DNA of 64,000 bases from Candidatus Rariloculaceae bacterium (GCA_965262365.1 OZ253541.1:1291843-1355842); one strand, 5' to 3'. Shown: positions 30,553 through 41,056, counted from the first letter of the stretch. Made by a program: numbers and translations. Notes: generated by a model from the sequence alone, not told the origin.

Positions 30553-30840
30553 ATGGACTTTGTCAGCGTTCGCGATTTGCGTACCCGATCCGCTGCCGTG
30601 TGGGATGCCTTGAGCGAGGAAAAGGACCTGGTAGTGACTTCGAACGGCAAGCCGATCGCAGTTCTCTCGGCGACAACTTCGTCTACGCTCGAGGCGTCGT
30701 TGGCCGCTCTCCGGCAAGCCCGAGCGCAGTTGGCGGTTGCGGCGATGCAGCAGCGCGCTCAGGAGACTGGCACCGACCGACTGACCCTTGACGACATCAA
30801 TGCCGAGATCGAAGCCGCGCGGCGCCAGCGGCGAAAATGA
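30553..30840 (+). CDS. type II antitoxin, Phd/YefM-like
   Basis: MDFVSVRDLRTRSAAVWDALSEEKDLVVTSNGKPIAVL is the Phd/YefM-type N-terminal fold signature. ATGA overlap with the toxin gene. Confidence 0.8.
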   Translation: MDFVSVRDLRTRSAAVWDALSEEKDLVVTSNGKPIAVLSATTSSTLEASLAALRQARAQLAVAAMQQRAQETGTDRLTLDDINAEIEAARRQRRK

Positions 30841-31247
30841 GGGTTGTGATCGACACCAATGTACTCGTCTCCGGCCTGCTCTCACCATTCGGTCCACCGG
30901 GTGTCATCGTCGGCCTGATAGCCGCGGGCAGGCTAAGTCTCTGCTACGACTCCAGAATTCTCGCGGAATACAACGAAGTCTTGGGCCGTCCGTCATTCCC
31001 GTTTGCCGAAAAAGATGTCGCAGTGCTAATGGCGCAGATCCGCACCGGCGGAGAACTGGCTACTGCCAACCCATTGTCAGTCCGGCTTCCCGACCCGGAC
31101 GACGAGCCGTTCCTGGAAGTTGCCGCATCGGCGATGGTTGAATTTCTCGTGACCGGCAACTTGAAGCACTTCCCCCGCGAACGTCGCCAAGGCGTTCGTG
31201 TAGTTTCGCCGCGAGAACTTTTGGAGTCCGGCCTGCGTGCGACCTGA
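30837..31247 (+). CDS. PIN-domain toxin (TIGR00305-like putative TA toxin)
   Basis: MRVVIDTNVLVSGL start; conserved acidic residues (DTN..., D..DEPFLEVA, TGN). 136 aa. Confidence 0.8.
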   Translation: MRVVIDTNVLVSGLLSPFGPPGVIVGLIAAGRLSLCYDSRILAEYNEVLGRPSFPFAEKDVAVLMAQIRTGGELATANPLSVRLPDPDDEPFLEVAASAMVEFLVTGNLKHFPRERRQGVRVVSPRELLESGLRAT

Positions 31248-31257
31248 AGGCAATCCG

Positions 31258-31331
31258 CGCCCCGAAGAGGATTCGAACCTCTGACCTTCCGCTTAGGAGG
31301 CGGACGCTCTATCCGGCTGAGCTATCGGGGC
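31258..31331 (-). tRNA. tRNA-Arg (anticodon CCU)
   Basis: The minus strand reads GCCCCGA TA GCTC AGCCGGATA GAGC G TCCGC CTCCTAA GCGGA AGGTC AGAGG TTCGAAT CCTCT TCGGGGC G. This folds by hand into a cloverleaf. CCA is not encoded. Confidence 0.9.
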
Positions 31332-31365
31332 GATTGCGAAATGCCGCGAGATGATAACAGGCGAC

Positions 31366-31947
31366 TCAAAATCCTTCCGTGGAAGTGAACAGCCCGACGC
31401 GGAGATTGGTGGCCCTGTAGATCGTTCGACCGTCCACCGTCATGGTTCCATCGCCCAGACCCATGACGAGCTTGCGCTTGATGAGCCGTTTGATTTCTAT
31501 GTGGTAGCGGACCAATGTGTTGACCGGCAGGACCTGACCCTGGAATTTGACCTCTCCAACGCCCAATGCCCGACCCCGCCCCGGCGCCCCCGTCCATGCC
31601 AACCAGAACCCGACCAGTTGCCACATGGCATCCAGTCCCAGGCAACCGGGCATCACCGGATCGCCCGTGAAATGGCAGTCGAAGAACCAAAGACTCGGGA
31701 CCACATCCAGTTCGGCGACGATCTCGCCCTTGCTGAACTTGCCGCCGGTATCGTCGATGTGGGTGATGCGATCGAACATCAGCATGTTGGGCAGTGGCAG
31801 CCGGGCATTTCCGATACCGAAAATGCCTTCACTCCCTGAAAACAGGAGTTCCTCCCGGGAATAGCTCGACTGCTGAGGCCAGCGACCGGCCGCCTTCGCT
31901 CCGCTCACTCTTTCGACACCGCCTGTTTCAAACAACGGGGCGAGCAT
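31366..31947 (-). CDS. fabA: 3-hydroxydecanoyl-ACP dehydratase/isomerase
   Basis: [10 protein letters not shown]...[28 protein letters not shown]...[11 protein letters not shown] is near-identical in pattern to E. coli FabA. The N-terminus is about 20 aa longer than in E. coli; an in-frame GTG 13 codons downstream is an alternative start. Confidence 0.9.
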   Translation of the reverse strand: MLAPLFETGGVERVSGAKAAGRWPQQSSYSREELLFSGSEGIFGIGNARLPLPNMLMFDRITHIDDTGGKFSKGEIVAELDVVPSLWFFDCHFTGDPVMPGCLGLDAMWQLVGFWLAWTGAPGRGRALGVGEVKFQGQVLPVNTLVRYHIEIKRLIKRKLVMGLGDGTMTVDGRTIYRATNLRVGLFTSTEGF

Positions 31948-32174
31948 ACGCGTAACGCGTCGAAATTACACGAAGCCACGGCAACGATCATTGGCACGTA
32001 TCGCCAGCACGAGTCGGGCCACCAGAAATCGGTCACCTCTCGGTTGGCCGCCGCGCGTGTCTATCCCACGGTCATCCGCAATACGGGTGTGGGTTGGGCG
32101 ATCGGCGCGGGCCGTACGGGGGCCATCATCGGCCCAAACTGTTACAATTCGCGGTCGTTTTTAGAGGTCCCTCC

Positions 32175-33152
32175 ATGAGCGAGAACGCCGACCCGCATCA
32201 TCCGACCCTGCCTGCCGTCGCGATGGGACTTGCGAGCGTCGCGGAGCCCGTCATCGGACACATTGTCTCCAACGACACCTGCATGAAGGGCAAGTCGGCC
32301 AGTTTTGTCAGGCATACGGCCATCGACATCAGCGGTACGCCGCTGGAAGGACAATGCCTGGTAGGCCAGGCATTCGGTGTTCTTGCCCCCGGTATCGACG
32401 AAAGAGGCAAGCCGCACAAGGTACGCCTGTATTCCATCGCCTGCCCGGACAGCGGCGAGGACGGCGCCGGCCGCGTCATCTCGACCACCACCAAGCGGAT
32501 GATCGACGAACGGTGGCCCCAGAAGAAGGACGACGATCCTGACGACCACAGCCTGTTCCTGGGCGTTTGCAGCAACTACATGTGCGACCTTCGACCGGGC
32601 GATCCGATCAAGGTCACCGGGCCCAACGGCAAGCGCTTCCTTCTGCCCGAATCCCGTGAGAACCACGACTACGTTCTTGTGGCCACGGGTACGGGCATCG
32701 CGCCCTTTCGGGGGATGGCCATGGAGCTTCTGCAACGCAACCCCGTCTCAAGCCAGATTCACCTGGTGATGGGTACGCCGTACACGACCGATCTCATCTA
32801 CGACGACCTCTTCACAGAGCTCGCTGTGGAGCATCCGAATTTCCACTACCACACGGCGATCAGCCGGGAAACGCGCCCGGACGGCCGCCGGGGACAATAT
32901 GTGCACCACTTTATCGACGAGCAGATGGACCTCTTCGGCCCGGTGCTCGCCAACCCGCGAACCCTGCTCTACATCTGCGGGCTGGCGGGCATGCAAAGCG
33001 GCCTGTTCCAGGTCATGGCCCGGCACGGCGTGAGCGACGGGTACTTTTCGCTCAAGAAGCAACTGGTAGGCGTGGATCCGACCGACTGGCAGTTGAGTCA
33101 GGTTCGCCGCGGCGTACGCGCGACGCCTCGATGCATGGTCGAGGTGTATTAG
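32175..33152 (+). CDS. fpr: plant-type ferredoxin-NADP+ reductase
   Basis: RLYSIAC FAD motif, GVCSNYMCDLRPGD, VATGTGIAPFRGM NADP motif, and C-terminal ...MVEVY. ATG 32175 follows an AGAGG RBS. Confidence 0.85.
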   Translation: MSENADPHHPTLPAVAMGLASVAEPVIGHIVSNDTCMKGKSASFVRHTAIDISGTPLEGQCLVGQAFGVLAPGIDERGKPHKVRLYSIACPDSGEDGAGRVISTTTKRMIDERWPQKKDDDPDDHSLFLGVCSNYMCDLRPGDPIKVTGPNGKRFLLPESRENHDYVLVATGTGIAPFRGMAMELLQRNPVSSQIHLVMGTPYTTDLIYDDLFTELAVEHPNFHYHTAISRETRPDGRRGQYVHHFIDEQMDLFGPVLANPRTLLYICGLAGMQSGLFQVMARHGVSDGYFSLKKQLVGVDPTDWQLSQVRRGVRATPRCMVEVY

Positions 33153-33194
33153 GGCCCGTTAAGGCGATCCGAAATAGCGTCAACGAGCTCCAGG

Positions 33195-34604
33195 TCAACC
33201 GCCGCCGAGTTCAGCGACTGAAAACGGCTCTGTCAGGAGGCGCTCGAAAAGCTGCCACATCCCGTCCGGATTACCGCCGGATTCCCGCTCGACGTAAGCG
33301 CCAACCAGGTCCTGGCCCAGGCTGTAGTTGATCACGTATGTCCGGTACGTATCGGTAAAGTCCAGGGCCTGTTCAGCCTCTTCGGCCGAGATGAGCTGGA
33401 TGCGTTGCAGCCAATCAACCGTTTCCGCTCGCGTTTTAAGGCCATCCAGGTAGTCCCGTGCCGCATCGATACGCGCATACCCGAGTTCCTCGCGCAATCG
33501 CAGATACCGGTAGTAGCGCTGGGCCTGACCTGCATCCAGGCCGGCCAGCGGGAAGAGCACTTCCACTTCGTAATCGATGCGCTGCTGCCCGGGAAACGCC
33601 AGCTCGATCCCATAGTTGGCGCTGCCTTCGCTGAGCAGTGCCGTCGGGCTGTACAACGGGTAGACCGAAAATTCGATCCAGCCCCTGCCCTGGTAGAGTT
33701 CCCGTTCCACCAATGAACCGAACGTGTGGTGTCCCGGATACCCTTCGTGGCAGCCCAGGTCGACCGCTCGATCAATGTGCCTGGGCAGATCCGTATTGAT
33801 CTGGATCAGGCTGAAGGCATTGCCCTGAAACCAGTTGTAGCCGCTCCAGGGCTGGTCGGTGACGTATTCCAGGGTGAAATCTTCGTCGGGCGGCAAGTCG
33901 ATGTATTCGGCGGTCCGCCGTCGGCACTCAGCGATCGCGGCATTGAAGACCTCGTTCAGCCGATCGGGCGGAATGACGAACTGCTGGCGGTAGGTGATCG
34001 CGCGATCACTCAAATCGCCTTCACCGGGGAGAATCGAATCGAGTTCTTCCAATATCGATTCGTAGTGAGCGTCATCGTGATCCGGCGCAACGACCCCGAA
34101 AACCAGACGTGTTTCCTCGTCGAACGGCATGTCCGCGCCGGAGATGACGCCGATGCGCGCCGAAAGCGAGATCAGCAGGTTCTCCAATGCCGTGGCCCGG
34201 AGTGCCGCGAGGCGATCTTGCGAAGGCTCGAGATCGCGCAGTTCACCAAGCAGACCCTCGGCGCCCGTGAGAACGTCATCCAGCGTGGGATATCGCCCGG
34301 GTGCTGCTTCGGCCAATTCCGGGGAGCCGATATAGGCATCGACATATCCCGGATCGTGCTCGTTCATGGCCAGAACCAGGTGCACGTAGTCCTCGGCAAT
34401 GCGGTCCAGGGTACCTGCCGCGAGCGGTCCGCCTGCCTGCTCGTCATCTGCCGAAGCCTGAGCCGTGGCCGCCACGTCCTGCGTCGGACGCGGCGGTTCT
34501 TGCGGGCCGCACCCCGTTAGCACCGCAAGGATGCCGAATCCAACAAGTACCGTCGACAAAGAGCGTTTTCCTGCCATCCGCCATCCCCTTGCCAACTTGA
34601 TCAT
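33195..34604 (-). CDS. lipoprotein with HEGYPGHH motif, DUF885-like putative metallohydrolase
   Basis: Start placed at ATG 34604 (ATGA overlap with the upstream stop). Lipobox LTGC. HEGYPGHH resembles the HExxPGHH motif of DUF885. The 664-aa tracked ORF extension is rejected. Confidence 0.7.
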   Translation of the reverse strand: MIKLARGWRMAGKRSLSTVLVGFGILAVLTGCGPQEPPRPTQDVAATAQASADDEQAGGPLAAGTLDRIAEDYVHLVLAMNEHDPGYVDAYIGSPELAEAAPGRYPTLDDVLTGAEGLLGELRDLEPSQDRLAALRATALENLLISLSARIGVISGADMPFDEETRLVFGVVAPDHDDAHYESILEELDSILPGEGDLSDRAITYRQQFVIPPDRLNEVFNAAIAECRRRTAEYIDLPPDEDFTLEYVTDQPWSGYNWFQGNAFSLIQINTDLPRHIDRAVDLGCHEGYPGHHTFGSLVERELYQGRGWIEFSVYPLYSPTALLSEGSANYGIELAFPGQQRIDYEVEVLFPLAGLDAGQAQRYYRYLRLREELGYARIDAARDYLDGLKTRAETVDWLQRIQLISAEEAEQALDFTDTYRTYVINYSLGQDLVGAYVERESGGNPDGMWQLFERLLTEPFSVAELGGG

Positions 34605-35713
34605 CGGCGTACGCTCGGCCGTCGGCTTTCGATTCCCAGCAGCCGAGCCGCGTTGCCGCCGACGATGGCTTCCTTGTCGGCATCGGTAAGCGCAGCCGCA
34701 CCATTGACGAAGCCCACCGGATCGTACATTCCCATGTCGAACGGGTAGTCCGTCCCGAGAACGATATGATCGCTGCCGTACAGGCCGGTCAGGTACTCCA
34801 ACTGGTGCTCTGTGAACACCACCGTGTCGAAATACAGCCGTCGCAGGTAGTGGCCAGGCGACTCGTCGATACAACGCCGGCAGTCCTCCCGTGCAGCGTG
34901 AGCGTGGTCGATGCGGCCCGAGTACGCCGGCAGGAAACCGCCGCCGTGGGCGACGCAGATCTTGAGCTTGGGAAATCTGTCCAGCACGCCGTCGAAGATC
35001 AGATGACTCACGGCCACGGTGGAATCCAGCGGGTTGCCGATGACATTGATGAAATAGTGATCCGACAGCCGTGCCCCGTCGGAAAAACCGTTCGGATGCA
35101 GGAAGATCAGGGCGTCGAGCTCTTCGGCTTTCGCGAATACGCCCCGAAAGCGTTCGTGCGAAAGCTCCTCGCCGTTCACATTTGTGCACAGCTCGATTCC
35201 CTTGAAACCAAGCTCCCCAACCACGCGTTCCAGTTCCGCTACGGCCATCTGGGGATCCTGCATGGGCAGTCCGCCCAGGCCAACGAATCGCTCCGGATGA
35301 GCCGCTGCCACCGCGGCGATTTCGTCGTTTATGAGGCGCGCCGCGGTGCGGCCCAGCTCGGGCGGAAGCCCGTAGTAGTACTGCAGCGGCACCGGAGAAA
35401 CCGCTTGCATATCGATGCCCATTCGATCCATGTCCGCAAGCCGCCGGTCGATATCGACAAGTTGCTCGTGAATGGATACGGATTGCCGGGCGTTGACCTC
35501 GCGTGTGGCCTGGTTGGAGAAGCGGTGCAACCCGTCTGTCTCAATGTCGAACACTTCGGCAACGGCATCGGCGGCCGCGGGGACAAACATGTGGCAATGC
35601 AAGTCCACGGTCAGAGTACGGGAACGGGAACGCGCGAGTGCCCCGCCCTGCGCGGGTGCCACGCCTTGCACGGTTTCGGCCGCCACCGATCCTGGGCTAC
35701 AGGAAATAAACAT
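34601..35713 (-). CDS. amidohydrolase-2 (ACMSD-like) family protein
   Basis: VDLHCHMF metal-binding start, ...CVAHGGGFLP..., GTDYPFD. This is the typical PF04909 pattern. Confidence 0.8.
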   Translation of the reverse strand: MFISCSPGSVAAETVQGVAPAQGGALARSRSRTLTVDLHCHMFVPAAADAVAEVFDIETDGLHRFSNQATREVNARQSVSIHEQLVDIDRRLADMDRMGIDMQAVSPVPLQYYYGLPPELGRTAARLINDEIAAVAAAHPERFVGLGGLPMQDPQMAVAELERVVGELGFKGIELCTNVNGEELSHERFRGVFAKAEELDALIFLHPNGFSDGARLSDHYFINVIGNPLDSTVAVSHLIFDGVLDRFPKLKICVAHGGGFLPAYSGRIDHAHAAREDCRRCIDESPGHYLRRLYFDTVVFTEHQLEYLTGLYGSDHIVLGTDYPFDMGMYDPVGFVNGAAALTDADKEAIVGGNAARLLGIESRRPSVRR

Positions 35714-35750
35714 CGGTTGACTCAAATCTTGCGCCGGGAACCGGCCAACC

Positions 35751-36770
35751 CTAGCGGGACTTCAGGTGCTGGTCGAAGAAGGCGATTGCGTCAGACACGA
35801 TTGCCTGCTGCAATGGATCGGGATCGTAGACACCCGCGGCATTGCGCTGAATGAAAACGAATCCGTGACGGTCGTGATCATAGGATCGCCACTGAGCGGT
35901 TTTCCCCGCTTCACTCATCAGTTCGTAGGCAAGTCTGAATGTCGACTGGTTGTGGTCCCGGTCCCTGCCGGCCACGAAGATCGGCATGTCAATGGCTCGA
36001 ATGCGCGCCATGGCGCGCGCCATGTCAATCCGGCCGCGAGCCGCTTCAACTGCCGCCGCCTGCATCTCGGGCGTATTTGTTTCCATGGTTTCGGGTTGCG
36101 GAGGCTCGGGTGGAGCATTGGGGTCCGACGGCAGGCGCGCCAGGTAGTCCCCGGCGGCCGGTTCGGCGGCTACGCCGGCGCGCAGCCCGCCGTATTCTGA
36201 GGCCACCTTCAGCAGCATCTCGCCGCCGTGGCTCACCCCGAGCCAGCCAACCTGATCCCCATCCACATCCGGCAGTTCCCGGATGTATTCCACAATCTCG
36301 ATGGCATCCTCGTATTCCAGCGGTCCCCGGTTCCACCGGTCCCGGCCCTGAAACTCCCTTACCGTGAGTTCCGTCGTGAAAGGGGTATCGACCTCGGCCC
36401 GGTATCGCATCCACGCGACCGCATACCCGGCATCGAGAAACGCCTCGAGCGTGCCGCTGCCGTACTGGGTCCACTCGCGAATCCAGCGCAGCCCAAAGCC
36501 TCCGTTCATGTGTGCGAAGACGATCGTCGGGAAGGGACCCTCCCCGGCAGGCTTCCTGAGCCCGATGGGCGCGTAGACGCCGTCCAGCAGCTCGACGAAC
36601 CGCAATTCCACGGGGATTTCCGAGCCCATGACCGGCTCGGTCAAGATGATTTCCTCGCCGGCTACAGCCTCGGGTACGTATAGCCAGGCAGGATCTATAC
36701 TGTGATTCTCCTGCGCTCCGGCACCCGCCGTGAAGATTGCCGCCAGAGCGACAAGAAATATGCTTCGCAT
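35751..36770 (-). CDS. secreted alpha/beta hydrolase (dienelactone hydrolase / S9-like)
   Basis: Signal peptide, nucleophile elbow GVSHGG, and C-terminal D...H (YDHDRHGF). Confidence 0.75.
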   Translation of the reverse strand: MRSIFLVALAAIFTAGAGAQENHSIDPAWLYVPEAVAGEEIILTEPVMGSEIPVELRFVELLDGVYAPIGLRKPAGEGPFPTIVFAHMNGGFGLRWIREWTQYGSGTLEAFLDAGYAVAWMRYRAEVDTPFTTELTVREFQGRDRWNRGPLEYEDAIEIVEYIRELPDVDGDQVGWLGVSHGGEMLLKVASEYGGLRAGVAAEPAAGDYLARLPSDPNAPPEPPQPETMETNTPEMQAAAVEAARGRIDMARAMARIRAIDMPIFVAGRDRDHNQSTFRLAYELMSEAGKTAQWRSYDHDRHGFVFIQRNAAGVYDPDPLQQAIVSDAIAFFDQHLKSR

Positions 36771-36964
36771 CCGTTCAACCTCGCCGATTATTCTTCGTTA
36801 TCACGTGGACGGGCGGCGCCCGCGACGCGTAGATGATACCAGCGACCGGTACAGAACACCTCTCATCGAAAGCATGGTCCATATGGAAACGGCGCCCCCG
36901 AAGAGGCGCCGTTCGATAGTCAACTCGACGAAGGAGCCTGGGCCCGTCCGCCTCGTCCGGACGT

Positions 36965-39673
36965 TCAACCACCGAAGCGGTACATGAACTCCGCACCCAA
37001 CGTCTGCGGACGACCGTAACGGTAGTCGTGAACGCCGGAACGCCGTTGGCGGTTACATCGCTCGTAATAGCGCGTGTCGGTGATATTTTGACCGAACACC
37101 GAAGCCTGCCAGGCGGCGTCCGCCGGTTCGTAGGTCATCCGCGCACTGAACTTGGCGTAGGGCTCCTGGTAGCAATACGAATTGCCCGAAGCCTGGTCCC
37201 ACCCATCGAACCCTCTGAAAAAGTCGTACTCGGACTGCCAGTACATGCGCAACTGCGGAGTCAGCGTCGCGCCGTTACCGAGAGCGAACTGGTGCTCGAC
37301 AGTCGTGTTGATCGTCCACTCCGGCGAGAGGTCCGAAATCGTCACGTCCGAAAGATCCTGCAGTACCCCCGGATTGTCCGGGTTGAAGGACGCGAACTCG
37401 CCGTATTCGTTCGTCAGGCGACCGAGATCCAGGGACCAGAAACCGTTATCCCATGGTATGGCTCGCAACTCCAGCTCGATCCCGCTGATCGTGACCGTCG
37501 CGGCGTTCGTCCTAATGGAGACATTCGGGTCGCCGCCGTAGCGGCCGTCGCTGTTGTCGATCGAAATCCCCTCCTGCTTGTCCTGGTAATCCATCAGGAA
37601 AATATCCCCGGCAATCGAGAGCCTGCCGTCCGCGAGTGTGCCCTTGAAGCCGACTTCGTAGTTGAAGACATGCTCCGGTTCGTAGCTCAACAACGGTGCC
37701 AGCTCCGGAACGAGGGTCACATTGAGTTCGTCGTTGAAGCTGCCCGACAGGAACCCCTCCGCGTATCGGAAGTAGACAATGCTGTCGTTTTCCAGCGTCC
37801 GCGTGAAGCTGACCATCGGCGTCACCTCGGAGAATTCCCGTGACGTGTTGTTGTAGAAGCCGTCATTTAGCAGCGTGTCGTAGTTGATCGTGTACGTCGG
37901 TACACACTGCTGGTTCTCTGCGGGATCCCCCGGAAAGCGATGCGTGCAGAGGTGGCCCGGCACGTCGACCTCGGCCTGGTTGAAGCTGCGCGTATCCGTG
38001 GTCGTGCGCGCACCGATGTCCATTTGCCAGCGGTCGGTCAAGTCGTACGTGGCGTGCACGAAAAGGGCTTGCGACTCGGTTCCGACAACACCGCTCATGC
38101 CGGCCACGCCCGGTCCCCCGGCGACCTGACGATCGGCCAGGCGGTCGAACTGCGTGCCGCCGTCGGCAAAGCACTCGATGCCGCCCGACTGGTTCAATGC
38201 GCTGTCTTGATCGGAGATCTCGTCGATGTTGGCATTGGCCTTTCGCAGACAATCGCCGGCGCCCACCAACCATTCATCGTCGAACAAGTGCAAGCCGGCC
38301 ACGACTGCGAGCCGGTCGCTCACGTCCGCCGTGAACAGTAGCTCGATCTGGTTGTTGGCTTGCTGTTGACCGAATCCGTCGCGCGGGGGCGTGCCGATCG
38401 CATCGACCTTGATCGCCGAAAAATCGCGATCCTGGAGATAGTCGTAATCGACTTCGTGCCGGCTGACGTTCAACTTGACGTTCAGGTTTTCCAGCCCGCC
38501 GACGGCACCGGCCGAATCCCACTGGATCGATGCGCCGTAGGTCGTGTTGTCCAGATTGACAAACGTGTCCTTCTCGTACGACGTGACGAAATCGCCCATC
38601 TCGATGTCCGCCTGGCATGAGTTCCAGTAGTCGATCGTCGCGCCGGGATACAGGCGCTCGAGATGACCACCGACGTTGGCACGGGTATCGCCTTCGCCGA
38701 AACTTCCGCCCCACTGACCGATACCACCTTCGGAATTGTGGCCGACACCCGCGTAGACGGGACCGTCCCACCGATAGCCCTCATGAACGTACTCATTCAC
38801 GTTACCGTACCCGTCGTCGACCATCATGACCATGGGCTCGCCGCCGTGCCACAGCCGGTCAACCTGCACCTGGGTCGGACGCGCCTCGCACTGACTCGAC
38901 GCGTTGTCGTCGCGCTGCGTGTTGACGCGCGAATGCAGATCGATCATCCAGTTATCGTTCGGCGTAATGCGCAACGCACCGGCAAACGCCGTGATATCGG
39001 TCGCGCCGACATTACGGCCCTGCGAGCGGTTCCAGTAGTATCCGTCCGATGTCTCTTTCGATGCGCTGAACCGGGCCGCTACCGTATCGTTGATCGGCAC
39101 GTTGACCATGCCCCGAACGTCAGTCTGGCCGAAGTCCGCGGCACGCACCAGTGCGCTGGCCTCAAATTCCGGACCCGGCTTCGCCGTGATGATGTTGATC
39201 GCACCGCCCGTCGTGTTCTTGCCGAACAGCGTACCCTGCGGACCACGCAGAACCTCGATACGCTCAACGTCAAGCGTGCTCATCATCTGGCCCAGCGTAT
39301 TCGGCATGTAGTGGCCGTCGATGTACAGGCCCGCGCCGACTGGCACCAAATTGTTCGTCGAGCCACTGCCGATACCGCGAATGTAGAGTGCCTGAATGCC
39401 GCGCCGGTCCTGCGTCGCCAGGACCAGATTCGGAATGTGCTCCGTGATGTCCTCGAGGGCGATGATTCCCTGCGCCTGCATGGTATCGGCCGTGATGGCA
39501 GCGACCGAGAGCGGCAGATCCTGCAAACTCTCTTCGCGTCGGCGAGCGGTAACCACCACTTCCTCCAACATGGCCTGGGCTGACGCGGTTTGCGCCGCCA
39601 CGTGCTCCGAGATCGAGAAGAGCATTCCGGCCGACAAGGCCGCAACGCCGGTCACGTAATAATGTCGTTTCAT
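36965..39673 (-). CDS. TonB-dependent receptor
   Basis: 902 aa. Signal peptide, plug domain (LEEVVVTARRREESLQDLPLSVAAI), and a long beta-barrel. Confidence 0.9.
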   Translation of the reverse strand: MKRHYYVTGVAALSAGMLFSISEHVAAQTASAQAMLEEVVVTARRREESLQDLPLSVAAITADTMQAQGIIALEDITEHIPNLVLATQDRRGIQALYIRGIGSGSTNNLVPVGAGLYIDGHYMPNTLGQMMSTLDVERIEVLRGPQGTLFGKNTTGGAINIITAKPGPEFEASALVRAADFGQTDVRGMVNVPINDTVAARFSASKETSDGYYWNRSQGRNVGATDITAFAGALRITPNDNWMIDLHSRVNTQRDDNASSQCEARPTQVQVDRLWHGGEPMVMMVDDGYGNVNEYVHEGYRWDGPVYAGVGHNSEGGIGQWGGSFGEGDTRANVGGHLERLYPGATIDYWNSCQADIEMGDFVTSYEKDTFVNLDNTTYGASIQWDSAGAVGGLENLNVKLNVSRHEVDYDYLQDRDFSAIKVDAIGTPPRDGFGQQQANNQIELLFTADVSDRLAVVAGLHLFDDEWLVGAGDCLRKANANIDEISDQDSALNQSGGIECFADGGTQFDRLADRQVAGGPGVAGMSGVVGTESQALFVHATYDLTDRWQMDIGARTTTDTRSFNQAEVDVPGHLCTHRFPGDPAENQQCVPTYTINYDTLLNDGFYNNTSREFSEVTPMVSFTRTLENDSIVYFRYAEGFLSGSFNDELNVTLVPELAPLLSYEPEHVFNYEVGFKGTLADGRLSIAGDIFLMDYQDKQEGISIDNSDGRYGGDPNVSIRTNAATVTISGIELELRAIPWDNGFWSLDLGRLTNEYGEFASFNPDNPGVLQDLSDVTISDLSPEWTINTTVEHQFALGNGATLTPQLRMYWQSEYDFFRGFDGWDQASGNSYCYQEPYAKFSARMTYEPADAAWQASVFGQNITDTRYYERCNRQRRSGVHDYRYGRPQTLGAEFMYRFGG

Positions 39674-39890
39674 AAGTAGTTTTCCCCGAATTGAATAGAC
39701 TCAGGCATGCTAGAAGCACACCCGATGATCTTGTGTGTTGCGCAAATACAACACTCCAAACCAACTAGACCGACAGCTTTTTATAGCAATTGATCGCGAA
39801 TGTCAATTACAGAATAGTAACCAAGGCCACCCGGGGACTCGTTAATGCGATTCGCTAGGCCGGGATCGGAACCCGAGGCCCGGACAGCGA

Positions 39891-40250
39891 CTACGCACCC
39901 GCCTGCGGCCCCGGGGAGTCTCCCCTGAACGCACGGTCGGCCTTCGCGGCGAAAAAGAAATCGCTCTCGGTGAGACCCTGGATCTTGTGAGTCCATATCT
40001 CCACCACACAGCGCGCCCAGGCAACATGCAGGTCCGGGTGGTGATTCTCGGCCTCGGCGATCTCCGTCACCCGGTTGGCAAAATCCATGGCCTCGACAAA
40101 GTTGCCGAAGCCGAATTGCCTTTCGAGGTGACCTGCTTCGTTCAACCACCAACCCGGGTCCAGTTCGGCCAGCAGTTTCCGGGCGCGGTCAAGCTCCATC
40201 GGCGGCACGCCGCCGCGGCAGGGAATACAATTCTTGTCGGCAAGGTCCAT
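39891..40250 (-). CDS. phhB: 4a-hydroxytetrahydrobiopterin dehydratase
   Basis: IPCRGG...W........L.R.F.F.NF..A..F.N.V...AE...HHPD....W..V....WTH pattern. Start placed at ATG 40250. Confidence 0.85.
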   Translation of the reverse strand: MDLADKNCIPCRGGVPPMELDRARKLLAELDPGWWLNEAGHLERQFGFGNFVEAMDFANRVTEIAEAENHHPDLHVAWARCVVEIWTHKIQGLTESDFFFAAKADRAFRGDSPGPQAGA

Positions 40251-40447
40251 ATCAAGTCCGCTTCTGTTGATCAATCGTCCAACCCGGTCACCACTCGTTC
40301 GCGATGACCACCATGGGCGGGGCATCAGGCTAGTCCCATCGATCATACGTTGCAACCGGTACAGCAGCGTGATGCGACTATGGCAAGATCATGCGGTTAT
40401 ACGGCACAGTTGCGCCTGGGTGAAGCGGCCATATCACGGGGATCTCG

Positions 40448-41056
40448 TTGAGCCGAGCTGACAGAGACAAGTGGAATGACCGCTATCGCAGCGGCGCTTA
40501 CGAGACACGCCGTCATCCGAGCGCGCTCCTGGCAGACTGGATCGACCGGATTGACGTCGGTGGAATGACACCCCGGGCCGTCGATATCGCTTGCGGCGCG
40601 GGTCGCAATGCGCTCTTTCTGGCCCGGCGCGGCTGGCAGGTGAATGCCGTCGACATTTCCCCGGTCGTGCTTGAGCGGTTGCGGGCAACAGCCGACGCGG
40701 AAGATCTGTCGATTGCCTGTTCGGAACTGGACCTGGAACCGGCAGCGGCTGCCCTGGACGGGTTCCGCGGTCAGCCGTACGACCTGGCCGTCTTGATGCG
40801 CTACGCCGATACGGCGCTGGTGAAAGAGCTGCCTCGAGCCATTGCGCCCGGGGGTTACCTGATCGCCGAGATGCACCTGGTGACCGACAGGATGGTCGCC
40901 GGCCCGAGAAGCCATCGATTTCGGGTGGCGGCGGGGGCGCTTCAAAAGGCTGGAGCTGCGTTCGACCAACTTTTCTACTACGAGGGTCTCTTATCTGATC
41001 CGGACGGCAGGACCGTAGCCCTGGCACAGCTTGTGGCACGGCGATCGGGATCGTAA
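40448..41056 (+). CDS. class I SAM-dependent methyltransferase (TehB-like)
   Basis: W..RY leader and motif I (VDIACGAGRNALFLARRG). TTG start as tracked. Confidence 0.75.
   Translation: MSRADRDKWNDRYRSGAYETRRHPSALLADWIDRIDVGGMTPRAVDIACGAGRNALFLARRGWQVNAVDISPVVLERLRATADAEDLSIACSELDLEPAAAALDGFRGQPYDLAVLMRYADTALVKELPRAIAPGGYLIAEMHLVTDRMVAGPRSHRFRVAAGALQKAGAAFDQLFYYEGLLSDPDGRTVALAQLVARRSGS

Noticed and set aside
34605-35189. N-terminal extension of the DUF885-like ORF (tracked as 664 aa)
   Set aside because: It overlaps the amidohydrolase gene. A lipoprotein signal peptide begins at ATG 34604 with an ATGA stop/start overlap.
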